A stretch of 64,000 bases of DNA from Candidatus Dadabacteria bacterium (GTDB taxonomy: Bacteria; Desulfobacterota_D; UBA1144; Nemesobacterales; Nemesobacteraceae), in NCBI GenBank assembly GCA_951812945.1, contig CATOTB010000006.1, positions 77,335-141,334 of the forward strand, given 5' to 3'. Of this stretch, positions 20,198-28,451 are shown piece by piece (positions within the stretch are counted from its first letter, which is position 1; the number at the start of each line of letters is the position of its first letter). The position numbers and the translations under genes were made by a program. The notes under the pieces are model-generated. The model made no database searches, was not told where the DNA came from, and saw only the letters and a program-made list of their open reading frames with translations.

Positions 20198-20683
20198 TCA
20201 ATCGGAGTCTTTAACCACTTCGAACTTTCTTTCTTCAAACTGGAAGTCCTGCTCGTCAATGTACCATATTCTCGCGTCGGCTAGCTTCCCGCTGGTTACC
20301 GAGAAAATTATATACGCCCATCCAGGTGACGCCACCTGTCTGTCTGTTTCCGAAGGTACCGAAGGGTGGTCCGGGTGCGAGTGGTATATGCCGAGGATCT
20401 CGAGACCGTTTTCCCTTGCCCACGAATCCGCTTCTATGTAGGAACGCGGGTCAAGCTCGAAACGGTCTTTTAACCTGTTGCTGTCAATATTCCCTGTTTC
20501 CTTAAACGCCGTTTCGGATCTGTCGTCGGCGACCAGGTTGGCGCATTTGCGAAAGTGAGTAACGGTATCTTTTTCTCCGATCATCACGCCGCAAACTTCG
20601 TAAGGGTAGCCGGATTCGGCATCCCGTGTCATGCCCAGATAAGCCGATTTATATATTTTTAGGGAATTATGTATTTTTACCAC
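20198..20683 (-). CDS. mec: JAB/MPN (M67) metallopeptidase, Mec-like
   Basis: PYEVCG and YHSHPDHPSVPSETD JAMM motif; coupled to cysM. Confidence 0.8.
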   Translation of the reverse strand: MVKIHNSLKIYKSAYLGMTRDAESGYPYEVCGVMIGEKDTVTHFRKCANLVADDRSETAFKETGNIDSNRLKDRFELDPRSYIEADSWARENGLEILGIYHSHPDHPSVPSETDRQVASPGWAYIIFSVTSGKLADARIWYIDEQDFQFEERKFEVVKDSD

Positions 20684-21618
20684 CAGAGTCTTTCACTCAG
20701 GTACCTTCTGCCCGAGTCGGGAAGAACCGTTACCAGAACTCCTTCTTTCAGTTTTTTAGCGTATTCAAGCATTACGCAGACCGCGGCACCTCCCGAGTGA
20801 CCAACGAATATTCCCTCGGTCTCCATCAGCCGTTCCATCATTTCATACGCTTTCTCAGTCGAGATGAAGACGACTTCGTCGGCCGCCTCCTCGTTGTATA
20901 GGCCGGGAACTATTGAAGTAGGCATGTGTTTCATGCCCTCGAGTCCGTGGAGACTTTCCTCGGGTTGGATCGCGATTGTCTTTATGTCGGGGTTGTACTC
21001 TTTAAGTCTTTTCCCGGTTCCCATGAAGGTTCCCGATGTGCCGAGTCCCGCGAGAAAATGGGTCACGGCACCCTTTGTCTGTTCCCAGATCTCAGGCGCC
21101 GTAGTCTCGTAGTGGGCGAGGGTGTTATTGATGTTGTTGTACTGGTCCGGCATGAAATATCTGTCGGGGTTATCCGCTTTTAGCTTGTGAGCCATTCTTA
21201 TTGCTCCGTCTGAACCCTCGAGAGGATTTGAGAAGGTTATTTTCGCTCCGTAGGCTTCGATCGCTTTTTTTCTCTCGGTGTTTACGTTCTCGGGCGTTAC
21301 GATTTCAACCTCGTACCCAAGCGCGGCTCCCAGCATCGCGTATGCGATCGCGGTGTTCCCGGAAGAGGAGTCCATAATAACCTTGTTTTTTGTGAGTTCG
21401 CCTGAGCGTATGGCTTCCAGGATCATTCTGCGGGCGGGGCGGTCTTTTATTGAACCTCCGGGGTTAAACCACTCGGCCTTCGCGTAAATCCTGACTCCCG
21501 GGGGGCATTCCTTTGCGGTTTCGGAAAGTTCCAAAAGAGGGGTGTTGCCTATAAGGTCAACCACCGATTCGACTCTTGAACCTCTGGCAGCGGAGGTTCC
21601 GGCTTCGGATCTATGCAT
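20677..21618 (-). CDS. cysM: PLP-dependent cysteine synthase (CysM type)
   Basis: IGNTPL, NPGGSIKDR (PLP Lys), SSGNT, GTSGT. Confidence 0.88.
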   Translation of the reverse strand: MHRSEAGTSAARGSRVESVVDLIGNTPLLELSETAKECPPGVRIYAKAEWFNPGGSIKDRPARRMILEAIRSGELTKNKVIMDSSSGNTAIAYAMLGAALGYEVEIVTPENVNTERKKAIEAYGAKITFSNPLEGSDGAIRMAHKLKADNPDRYFMPDQYNNINNTLAHYETTAPEIWEQTKGAVTHFLAGLGTSGTFMGTGKRLKEYNPDIKTIAIQPEESLHGLEGMKHMPTSIVPGLYNEEAADEVVFISTEKAYEMMERLMETEGIFVGHSGGAAVCVMLEYAKKLKEGVLVTVLPDSGRRYLSERLWW

Positions 21619-21857
21619 TAGCAGCGCTCGATGATTACCTTGTGGTAGCGGCCTTCTTCTTGTACTATGGCCAGGACCTTGTGACCTTCCTGTTCCACGC
21701 TTCTCGGGAGGTTGGAAAGAGGCTCTCCCTCGCAGAGCCTGACTTCAAGGACCTCACCGCGTTCCATTCTCTCAAGCTTAAGTTTGGTTTTTACAAACGT
21801 CATCGGACAGATGTAGCCCGTTATGTCTATTTTTTCCTTGCTCTGCGTATCGTCCAT
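21618..21857 (-). CDS. TusA/SirA-family sulfur carrier
   Basis: 79 aa with DITGYICPMTFVK (CPx motif); stop overlaps the cysM start. Confidence 0.85.
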   Translation of the reverse strand: MDDTQSKEKIDITGYICPMTFVKTKLKLERMERGEVLEVRLCEGEPLSNLPRSVEQEGHKVLAIVQEEGRYHKVIIERC

Positions 21858-21914
21858 GTTAAAAACCTCTCGGCGCGCAATCTCCCGTTAAGACTAACAC
21901 AGTCCGCATTTTAC

Positions 21915-22628
21915 TCAAACCGCTTTTCCGTCGGCATTCCGGGACTTTATCCACGATATTACGGATTCGAACATTTTCCTGCCGTCCTCTGAACCCAGCA
22001 GGCTCTCGAAACTGCGCTCGGGGTGAGGCATCATGCCGAGCACGTTGCCTCGGCTGTTTGCGATTCCGGCTATGTTGTCCTCGGCACCGCTTGGATTTGC
22101 TTCGGAGGTCAGTGCTCCTCCATCCCCGCAGTACCGCAAAACTATCCTTCGTCCCTGGGAGCTGTTCCCGTCCGGAGGCAGTACGAAATTGCCCTGGGCG
22201 TTTGCGACCGGGAGCTTCAGCACTTCTCCCTTGCGCAGAGTGCAGGTGAAAGGGGTGTCGGTATCCTCAACCCTCACGCTTGTCCATCTGCAGACGAATT
22301 TCAGGGAAGAGTTGTGTATGAAAGCTCCGGGGAGAAGTCCCGATTCGACCAGGATCTGGAATCCGTTGCATATTCCTATTACGGGGACTCCGAGCCCGGC
22401 AAGTTCCCTAAGCGGGCTTACGACGGGAGAGAACTGCGATATGGCTCCCGCACGAAGATAATCCCCGTAGGAAAACCCTCCCGGTATCACGACGCAGTCA
22501 ATTCCCGCAAGGGAAGTTTCCTCGTGCCATATAAGATCGCAGGGCTGGGCCAGAATTTTCCTTATTGCGTGGTAGCAGTCGTGGTCGCAGTTAGAACCCG
22601 GAAAGAACAGAACTCCAAAATTAGGCAT
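21915..22628 (-). CDS. purQ: FGAM synthase glutaminase subunit PurQ
   Basis: FPGSNCD, PGGFSYGDYLRAG, GICNGFQ, GMMPHPER. Confidence 0.96.
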   Translation of the reverse strand: MPNFGVLFFPGSNCDHDCYHAIRKILAQPCDLIWHEETSLAGIDCVVIPGGFSYGDYLRAGAISQFSPVVSPLRELAGLGVPVIGICNGFQILVESGLLPGAFIHNSSLKFVCRWTSVRVEDTDTPFTCTLRKGEVLKLPVANAQGNFVLPPDGNSSQGRRIVLRYCGDGGALTSEANPSGAEDNIAGIANSRGNVLGMMPHPERSFESLLGSEDGRKMFESVISWIKSRNADGKAV

Positions 22629-22629
22629 T

Positions 22630-22884
22630 TTACTTTTCCGCTATTTCTACCGAGAAATCTTCAATTACGGGATTGGAAAGCAGTTTCCGGCACATCTCAT
22701 CCGCTTTGCGGCCTATCTCTTCCGAGGATTCACCTTCCATGGTGAGTTCCACGATTTTTCCTACCCTCGCGTCGGAAACCCCGTTGAATCCAAGACCGCC
22801 AAGAGCGTTAAGCACCGCTTTGCCCTGAGGGTCGAGCACAACGGCCTTAAGCTTGACCTCTATTTTGACCGAAAACTGTTTCAT
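22630..22884 (-). CDS. purS: FGAM synthase subunit PurS
   Basis: VLDPQG and LLSNPVIE; start trimmed to ATG at 22884. Confidence 0.93.
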   Translation of the reverse strand: MKQFSVKIEVKLKAVVLDPQGKAVLNALGGLGFNGVSDARVGKIVELTMEGESSEEIGRKADEMCRKLLSNPVIEDFSVEIAEK

Positions 22885-22921
22885 CTCTTGTTTCCTTGCT
22901 CCGGCGTGGCTTCGCGGGATA

Positions 22922-23785
22922 TTACCCGCGCGAGAGGAGCATGCCAACAATTCTCTCAAGCTCCTCGGGAGAATAGTACTCTATTTCTATTTTCCCTCTT
23001 GTCTTGTTGTGGCTTATCCTTACTTTGGTTGAGAATTTTCCGGCAAGTTCTTCGGTAAGTTCTCTGGTGAAAATATCTTCCTCGACCTCAATTTTCCCCG
23101 CGGTGAGCTCGGTGGGCAACTGAGCGCTTCCGGCTTCCTTCTTTACAAGCGCTTCGGTTCTCCTTACCGTGAGATCTTTTTTAAGCACTTCGCCGAGAAG
23201 GAAGTCCATCTCCTTGAAGGAGGGGGCGGTGAGAAGCGCTCTTGCGTGCCCCGCGGTTATTGAGCCCGAGACAAGGGCTTCCTTCGCCTTCTCTGAAAGC
23301 CTGAGAAGCCTCAGCTGGTTTGTTATGACCGAGCGGTTTTTTCCCGTCCTCTTTGCTATTTCCTCGTGGGTAAGCCCGAAGCGCTCCGCGAGCTTTTCAT
23401 AGGCTTCCGCCTCCTCGATGGGGTTCAGGTCCTCTCTCTGTATGTTCTCTATTAGCGTGAGTTCCGCCACGTCCTGATCGGTGGCGGTCCTTATTACGAC
23501 GGGCAGTTTCTCCAGTTTCGCTATTTTCGCCGCTCTCCACCTGCGTTCCCCGGCCACTATTTCGAAGCCGCCGTTTTCTTTGCGTACGACAAGTGGCTGT
23601 ATGACTCCGTTTTCCCTTATGGATTCTGCGAGTTCCTCAAGGGCGCCCTGCTCGAAGTGCTTTCTCGGCTGCGATGCGTTCGGCTTCAGCAGGTCCGTGT
23701 TTACCATCCTGTACCCTTCGGATTCTTCGTCCGGACTCTTCGGGATAAGCGAGTCAAGTCCCCTTCCCAGACCTCGTCTCTTCAC
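22922..23785 (-). CDS. parB: Chromosome partitioning protein ParB
   Basis: GLGRGL, QPRKHF, AGERRWRA, ENIQREDLNPIEEA. Confidence 0.96.
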   Translation of the reverse strand: MKRRGLGRGLDSLIPKSPDEESEGYRMVNTDLLKPNASQPRKHFEQGALEELAESIRENGVIQPLVVRKENGGFEIVAGERRWRAAKIAKLEKLPVVIRTATDQDVAELTLIENIQREDLNPIEEAEAYEKLAERFGLTHEEIAKRTGKNRSVITNQLRLLRLSEKAKEALVSGSITAGHARALLTAPSFKEMDFLLGEVLKKDLTVRRTEALVKKEAGSAQLPTELTAGKIEVEEDIFTRELTEELAGKFSTKVRISHNKTRGKIEIEYYSPEELERIVGMLLSRG

Positions 23786-23786
23786 G

Positions 23787-24569
23787 TCAGTTAACCTCCG
23801 CTGTTATTATTTCATTTGCGAGTTTCATGTAGTTCTGCGCCCCGGTCGACTTTATTTCGTAAAGCAGAAGGGGTTTTCCATGGCTTGGCGCTTCAGCGAG
23901 CTTCACGTTTCTGCTTATCACGGTGTCAAAGGTTTCTTCGCCGAAGTGGTTTCTTACTTCCTCGGCCACGGAGTGACATATGTTGTTTCGGGAATCGAAC
24001 ATGGTAAGAAGATAGCCTTCCACCTCAAGCGAGGGGTTCAGTCTCTGCTTGGCAAGCGATATGGTCGTCTGCAGTTGGACTATTCCTTCAAGCGCGTAGT
24101 ATTCGCACTGGACGGGTATGAGCACCCTGTCGGCCGCGGCAAGCGCGTTTATGGTGAGCAGGCTTAGCGACGGGGGAGCGTCTATGAATACGTAATCGTA
24201 GTCGGCTCTTACCTCGTCAATGACCTTTTTTAAACGATACTCCCTGCTCTCCGTCTCTATAAGATGTATCTCGGCCCCGGTGAGCTCGTGATTCGCCGGA
24301 CACAGGTGCAGATGACCGTTTAGAAGCTCCGGGTAGATGTCGATTATGGTGTCCGCGAGCCTTGTTTCTCCCAGTATGACGCTGCAGATGTTCTTTGAGT
24401 TGACGGATTCCTTGTCAACTCCGAGCCCTCCGGTCGCGTTTCCCTGCGAGTCAAGATCTACTAGAAGCGTGCGGCGGTTTGCCACAGCCAGAGAGGCCGA
24501 AAGGTTTACTGCGGTTGTGGTTTTACCGACTCCCCCTTTCTGATTTACCACGCATATTACTTTTGACAT
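23787..24569 (-). CDS. parA: Chromosome partitioning ATPase ParA/Soj
   Basis: NQKGGVGKTT, DLDSQGNAT, LAEAPSHG. Confidence 0.96.
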   Translation of the reverse strand: MSKVICVVNQKGGVGKTTTAVNLSASLAVANRRTLLVDLDSQGNATGGLGVDKESVNSKNICSVILGETRLADTIIDIYPELLNGHLHLCPANHELTGAEIHLIETESREYRLKKVIDEVRADYDYVFIDAPPSLSLLTINALAAADRVLIPVQCEYYALEGIVQLQTTISLAKQRLNPSLEVEGYLLTMFDSRNNICHSVAEEVRNHFGEETFDTVISRNVKLAEAPSHGKPLLLYEIKSTGAQNYMKLANEIITAEVN

Positions 24570-24665
24570 TTGGTGATTAAAGAATGATAAACTTGCAGGT
24601 GTTATCAGTCAAATAAGTCTTGTCCCGGAACCGGGCCCGCGCGGACGGTTCCCGGAGGATTAACC

Positions 24666-25121
24666 TTGATAAACAGGATATGCACTGTTTTTTCAACTTT
24701 TTTCGGGGTGGGATACGTACCTGGAGCCCCTGGAACTGCGGGAACTCTGGCGGCGGTCGGAGTCGTATATCTGCTCAGTCTCGCAGGCGGCACAATTCTC
24801 TTCTCGGTACTCACTCTGGGACTGATTATCATCTCTTTTGCAACTGCGGGCCGTTGCGCGTCTATTCTCGGGAGGGAAGACCCGCCTGAGGTCGTCATTG
24901 ATGAAGTATGCGGATTTTTGGTATGTATGCTTTTTGTCCCATTAAATCCCATTAACCTCGCACTCGGTTTTTTCCTGTTCAGGTTTTTCGATATAGCGAA
25001 GCCGTTTCCGATACGAAGAGTCGAGAGACTTCCTGGTGGGTACGGTATCGTTATGGATGACGTTTTAGCCGGAGTGTACGGCAACCTGTGTCTTCAGGCG
25101 TTTGTTCTTCTTTCCGGTTGA
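24666..25121 (+). CDS. pgpA: Phosphatidylglycerophosphatase A
   Basis: APGTAGT, DPPEVVIDEVCG, FRFFDIAKP, GIVMDDVLAG; start uncertain. Confidence 0.9.
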   Translation: MINRICTVFSTFFGVGYVPGAPGTAGTLAAVGVVYLLSLAGGTILFSVLTLGLIIISFATAGRCASILGREDPPEVVIDEVCGFLVCMLFVPLNPINLALGFFLFRFFDIAKPFPIRRVERLPGGYGIVMDDVLAGVYGNLCLQAFVLLSG

Positions 25122-25145
25122 GATTACCGAGCGATCTGTGTTGAG
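25011..25145 (+). repeat. pgpA 3' end plus a relic of the pgpA-cinA junction (copy A)
   Basis: 25011-25097 matches 26225-26311 at 75/87 nt; 25110-25145 matches 27140-27175 at 27/36 nt ungapped. Confidence 0.85.
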
Positions 25146-25421
25146 ATGGCTGCGATGGAGACATTCACTAAAGATGCCCTCATGCTTTTGTGGATTGGCA
25201 CATTAATTGATTATGTAGATTGATCTAGAAAGCGGCTTTGGAGTGCCTGATTTTCAGATTTGTAAGGGTTAGGCAAGTCAATCTATCCACACCCTTAATT
25301 AACATTTCTTGCCTGAACAGTAAATCTCTGGGCGATATGTAGATTTTTGCTCTACCTAACTCTTGCAAAGTCAGTTTAAAGAAAACCTCAATCCTGCCCA
25401 TGTTTAAGACATTATTCCATA

Positions 25422-26063
25422 TTACTCTTTTTCTTTTCTAATTTGTTTTGAATTAGATACTTTTTCAGCTAATTCTTCTAGGCTACGGCTTAATGCTTTT
25501 TGGTAAGCTTTGCCGAAAATCTTTCCAATATTTCCACAAAAAGCACCACTGCCACCCTCACTATGTCCTCGTCCACCTGCGGTTGTCCCAAGTAACTTTT
25601 CTCCTGTCTGTCCTCTAGCGTCTATTCCGAGGACAATTTCTGCTTCTCCTCTACATTTATCACTCCAGAAACCAGCGCGACACTCTACAAGTGGAAGAAA
25701 ATGGTCAAGACTAATTAAAACATAACCAGATATATTTTCCCTTTTCATATCATCTATGGTTGGATTGGTTTTCCTTATCGTAACTTCCTCAAATATGTTT
25801 TTGGTCGTATTTGTTAAAGATACTTGTATTGAATCCCCAGAATCGAATGCGACACTATGAGTACTACACACAAAACTACTTACCTCTATATCTCTTGAAA
25901 AGATGGTCGACCCTTCATCTATAACAACTGCCCAGTCACCTTTAATTTTCTCTGAATAGGAAGATCGTAGCTTAACTGCAGTTGCTGCGGGTCCAGTAAC
26001 TTTGTGTGCACAACCCGTTACGAAAATTACAATTGTCAAAATAATTGCGCTAGCATATTTCAT
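25422..26063 (-). CDS. Hypothetical lipoprotein (AT-rich, foreign-looking)
   Basis: MKYASAIILTIVIFVTG-C lipobox; GGAGG RBS upstream of 26063; no family recognised. Confidence 0.75.
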   Translation of the reverse strand: MKYASAIILTIVIFVTGCAHKVTGPAATAVKLRSSYSEKIKGDWAVVIDEGSTIFSRDIEVSSFVCSTHSVAFDSGDSIQVSLTNTTKNIFEEVTIRKTNPTIDDMKRENISGYVLISLDHFLPLVECRAGFWSDKCRGEAEIVLGIDARGQTGEKLLGTTAGGRGHSEGGSGAFCGNIGKIFGKAYQKALSRSLEELAEKVSNSKQIRKEKE

Positions 26064-26224
26064 AAGTGCCTCCAGTGTAATCCTGTACATCAACTACTTC
26101 GTCTGCAATTCTTTCCCGTGCCGTTTTTCCCAATTGAACTTGCAAGTTTTTGAATAACCGATAAGTCCTAAATATTTAGTAGAGGTTGTAATTCTAGACT
26201 CACTTTAAAGTCAAGATGTTTCTT

Positions 26225-26332
26225 ATACGAAGAGTCGAGAGGCTCCCGGGTGGGTACGGTATTGTTATGGATGACCTTCTGGCCGGGGTGTACGCTAACC
26301 TCTGCCTTCAGGTGCTTGTCCGGCTCTATTGA
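26225..26332 (+). pseudogene. Orphan pgpA 3' fragment (copy B), 35 codons plus stop
   Basis: Encodes IRRVERLPGGYGIVMDDLLAGVYANLCLQVLVRLY*; the N-terminal three quarters of pgpA are absent. Confidence 0.9.
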
Positions 26333-26365
26333 TGATACCCACCGTGTTCTTCGCGGAACCGGGTT

Positions 26366-26791
26366 TCATGCGTAGAGCAGAAATGGATTCTGAACGGTTA
26401 CCGTGCCGTACATGCGACCGTGCTGAAAATCTTCTGAGAACAGTTCTGCTATGCCGTGAACTTCAGCGTAAGCCCAGATATGGGCATCAAACCACGACAA
26501 GCCGTATGCCGCCGTCCCGCGCAGAGCCATTCGCAGCACAGATTCATCGGGGTAAATAACCGGGAACTGGGCCATCAGTTCTTCTGCTTCACGTATCGCG
26601 TCTGGAAGATCAAGTATGCGATTTTCGGGCGCTCCCCGGGTTGTTGCCGCGACGAATTCAATGATTGATTGGTGTGCGATACGCACATGCCCTCTCTCGG
26701 CTCCTTCGCGAACAACATGCCTCGCAATTCGTTTTTTGTCCGGGAACCGACCGTCGTAACAATAAATCAATATGTTGGTGTCAATCAGCAT
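26366..26791 (-). CDS. vapC: VapC-family PIN-domain toxin
   Basis: LIDTNILIY, SWFDAHIWA, LFSEDFQHG, NPF. Confidence 0.9.
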   Translation of the reverse strand: MLIDTNILIYCYDGRFPDKKRIARHVVREGAERGHVRIAHQSIIEFVAATTRGAPENRILDLPDAIREAEELMAQFPVIYPDESVLRMALRGTAAYGLSWFDAHIWAYAEVHGIAELFSEDFQHGRMYGTVTVQNPFLLYA

Positions 26792-27077
26792 TTGAGCTGC
26801 CCCGAGTGTAGAGTTCTTCCCGGGTCCAGCCTCGCTCAGTTGCCGGGGACACTGGTTTCACCGCTTCACGGGCATCCTGTCGGGCCATTGCCTCATCAAA
26901 CATACGCAGACGCGCTTCGGTGTCGAGTTGCTTTTTCTGCGTCCGGGCATTTGCGGGCACCACGCGGATGGTTTCTCCGGCCTCCTCAAAACGTATATCA
27001 TCTCCTGGCCGAATGCCGTAACGCTCGGCAATTGCTTTTGGCACTGTTACCTGTAATTTGCTGCTGACTTTAGACAT
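26781..27077 (-). CDS. AbrB/MazE/SpoVT-family antitoxin
   Basis: SKVSSKLQVTVPKAIAERYGIRPGD swapped-hairpin motif; WTREELY tail; overlaps the toxin start. Confidence 0.88.
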   Translation of the reverse strand: MSKVSSKLQVTVPKAIAERYGIRPGDDIRFEEAGETIRVVPANARTQKKQLDTEARLRMFDEAMARQDAREAVKPVSPATERGWTREELYTRGSSNAD

Positions 27078-27083
27078 ATCTTT

Positions 27084-27111
27084 ACTTTATCAAAGAAAAT
27101 TTCTTTGTCAA
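27084..27111 (-). promoter_or_regulatory. Promoter with operator palindrome for the second TA operon, probably leaderless
   Basis: Minus strand TTGACA-16 bp-TAAAGT-6 bp-ATG; palindrome CAAAGAAA-A-TTTCTTTG at 27091-27107. Confidence 0.7.
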
Positions 27112-27139
27112 TCATGTGATAACCTTTCCACCGGGTTTT

Positions 27140-27175
27140 CTTACCGGTTAGAATTACCCGGCAATGTGCGTTGAG
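27140..27175 (+). repeat. pgpA tail, spacer and cinA start (copy C)
   Basis: ctt acc ggt tag aattacccggca atg tgc gtt gag versus ctt tcc ggt tga gattaccgagcg atc tgt gtt gag at 25110-25145. Confidence 0.75.
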
Positions 27176-28408
27176 GTAATCACGACCGGAAACGAAATAA
27201 TGAGCGGTCTTACCCGGGATACCAACTTCAGCTGGGTAGCCGCGGAACTGTCCTCATCCGGTATTGAGGTTAAGCACCACTGCGCGGTTGCTGATGATCT
27301 TGAGGATCTTCTTGCTTCTTTTGCCACGGCATCAAAGAGGGCCAGATTTGTTATAGTCACAGGAGGGCTCGGTCCCACCGAGGATGATCTGAGCTCGCTT
27401 GCCGCCTCAAAGTTTCTTGGAACTCCCCTTGTTTTCAATCCGGCAGTCTATGAAGACATCGCCCGAAAACTTAGGAAGAGGGGAAGGGAGCCCAACATCC
27501 ATCATGAAAAACAGGCCATGTTTCCCGAGGAAACGACGGTTATCGAAAATCCCGTCGGCACGGCATCCGGCTTCAGCTTTGTTTCCGGCAACTCGAAATT
27601 CTACTTTCTTCCCGGTGTCCCAAGGGAATTCAGGCGAATGTTCTCAGAACATGTCTTCCCGGATATAAGCGGTGCCGTGGAAAAAGGGAAAATCCTGCGC
27701 GTGAGGGTGCTTAAGACCTTCGGCCTCGGCGAATCCGAAGTAGCGGAAAAGCTTGAGGGCTTCTCCCCCGAAGGGGTGGATGTTGGATACAGGATCCGCC
27801 TGCCCGAGATTCACCTTCGGCTCACGGCTTCGGGCCATGACGGCGAGGTGCTGGATTCGCTGCTGCGCGATGCCTGCGTGCAGACGAAAGAAAGGCTGGG
27901 GAACTTTCTCTTTTCCCAATGGGAGGAGAGCCTTTGGGAAGTAACCGCATCTCTGCTACTTGAAAAAGACCTGACCCTCTCTGCTGCGGAGTCCTGCACG
28001 GGAGGGCTTTGCTCGAGCCGGTTTACGGACATTCCCGGAAGTTCGACTTATTTTCTGGGTGGAGCTGTGGTTTACAGTAACGATTCCAAGGAAAAACTCC
28101 TCGGGGTAAGCGCGGAGACCCTTGCGCAGTTCGGCGCGGTGAGCGGGGAGGTGGTCTCCGAGATGGCCCGCGGGGCAAGAGATCTGTTTGGAAGCGATAT
28201 AGGGCTCTCCATATCCGGGATTGCGGGTCCGGGTGGCGGAACCGTGGAGAAGCCCGTGGGTACGGTGTGGTTCGGATTCAGTCATGTCTCCTCGGGGACT
28301 TTCTGTGAGAGGAAAAATTTTACGGGCACGAGGGATGAGATAAAAAACTTTGCCGCCGCAACGGCGATCGATATGGTTAGGAAGTTCTGCCTCGATTATG
28401 TAGCATAG
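27164..28408 (+). CDS. cinA: CinA (molybdopterin-binding-like domain plus NMN deamidase PncC)
   Basis: GNEI..G...DTN, TGGLGPTEDDL, AAESCTGG, SGIAGPGGG; upstream of recA. Confidence 0.94.
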   Translation: MCVEVITTGNEIMSGLTRDTNFSWVAAELSSSGIEVKHHCAVADDLEDLLASFATASKRARFVIVTGGLGPTEDDLSSLAASKFLGTPLVFNPAVYEDIARKLRKRGREPNIHHEKQAMFPEETTVIENPVGTASGFSFVSGNSKFYFLPGVPREFRRMFSEHVFPDISGAVEKGKILRVRVLKTFGLGESEVAEKLEGFSPEGVDVGYRIRLPEIHLRLTASGHDGEVLDSLLRDACVQTKERLGNFLFSQWEESLWEVTASLLLEKDLTLSAAESCTGGLCSSRFTDIPGSSTYFLGGAVVYSNDSKEKLLGVSAETLAQFGAVSGEVVSEMARGARDLFGSDIGLSISGIAGPGGGTVEKPVGTVWFGFSHVSSGTFCERKNFTGTRDEIKNFAAATAIDMVRKFCLDYVA

Positions 28409-28451
28409 TAGCTTTAGAACCCCAAAAAACCAGAATGGAGATTAAAACGGA

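Noticed and set aside
22922-24569. parAB as a marker of oriC or parS
   Set aside because: No dnaA or gidAB, and I saw no canonical parS palindrome or DnaA-box cluster.
24605-25084. 159-aa minus-strand ORF
   Set aside because: Antisense shadow of pgpA.
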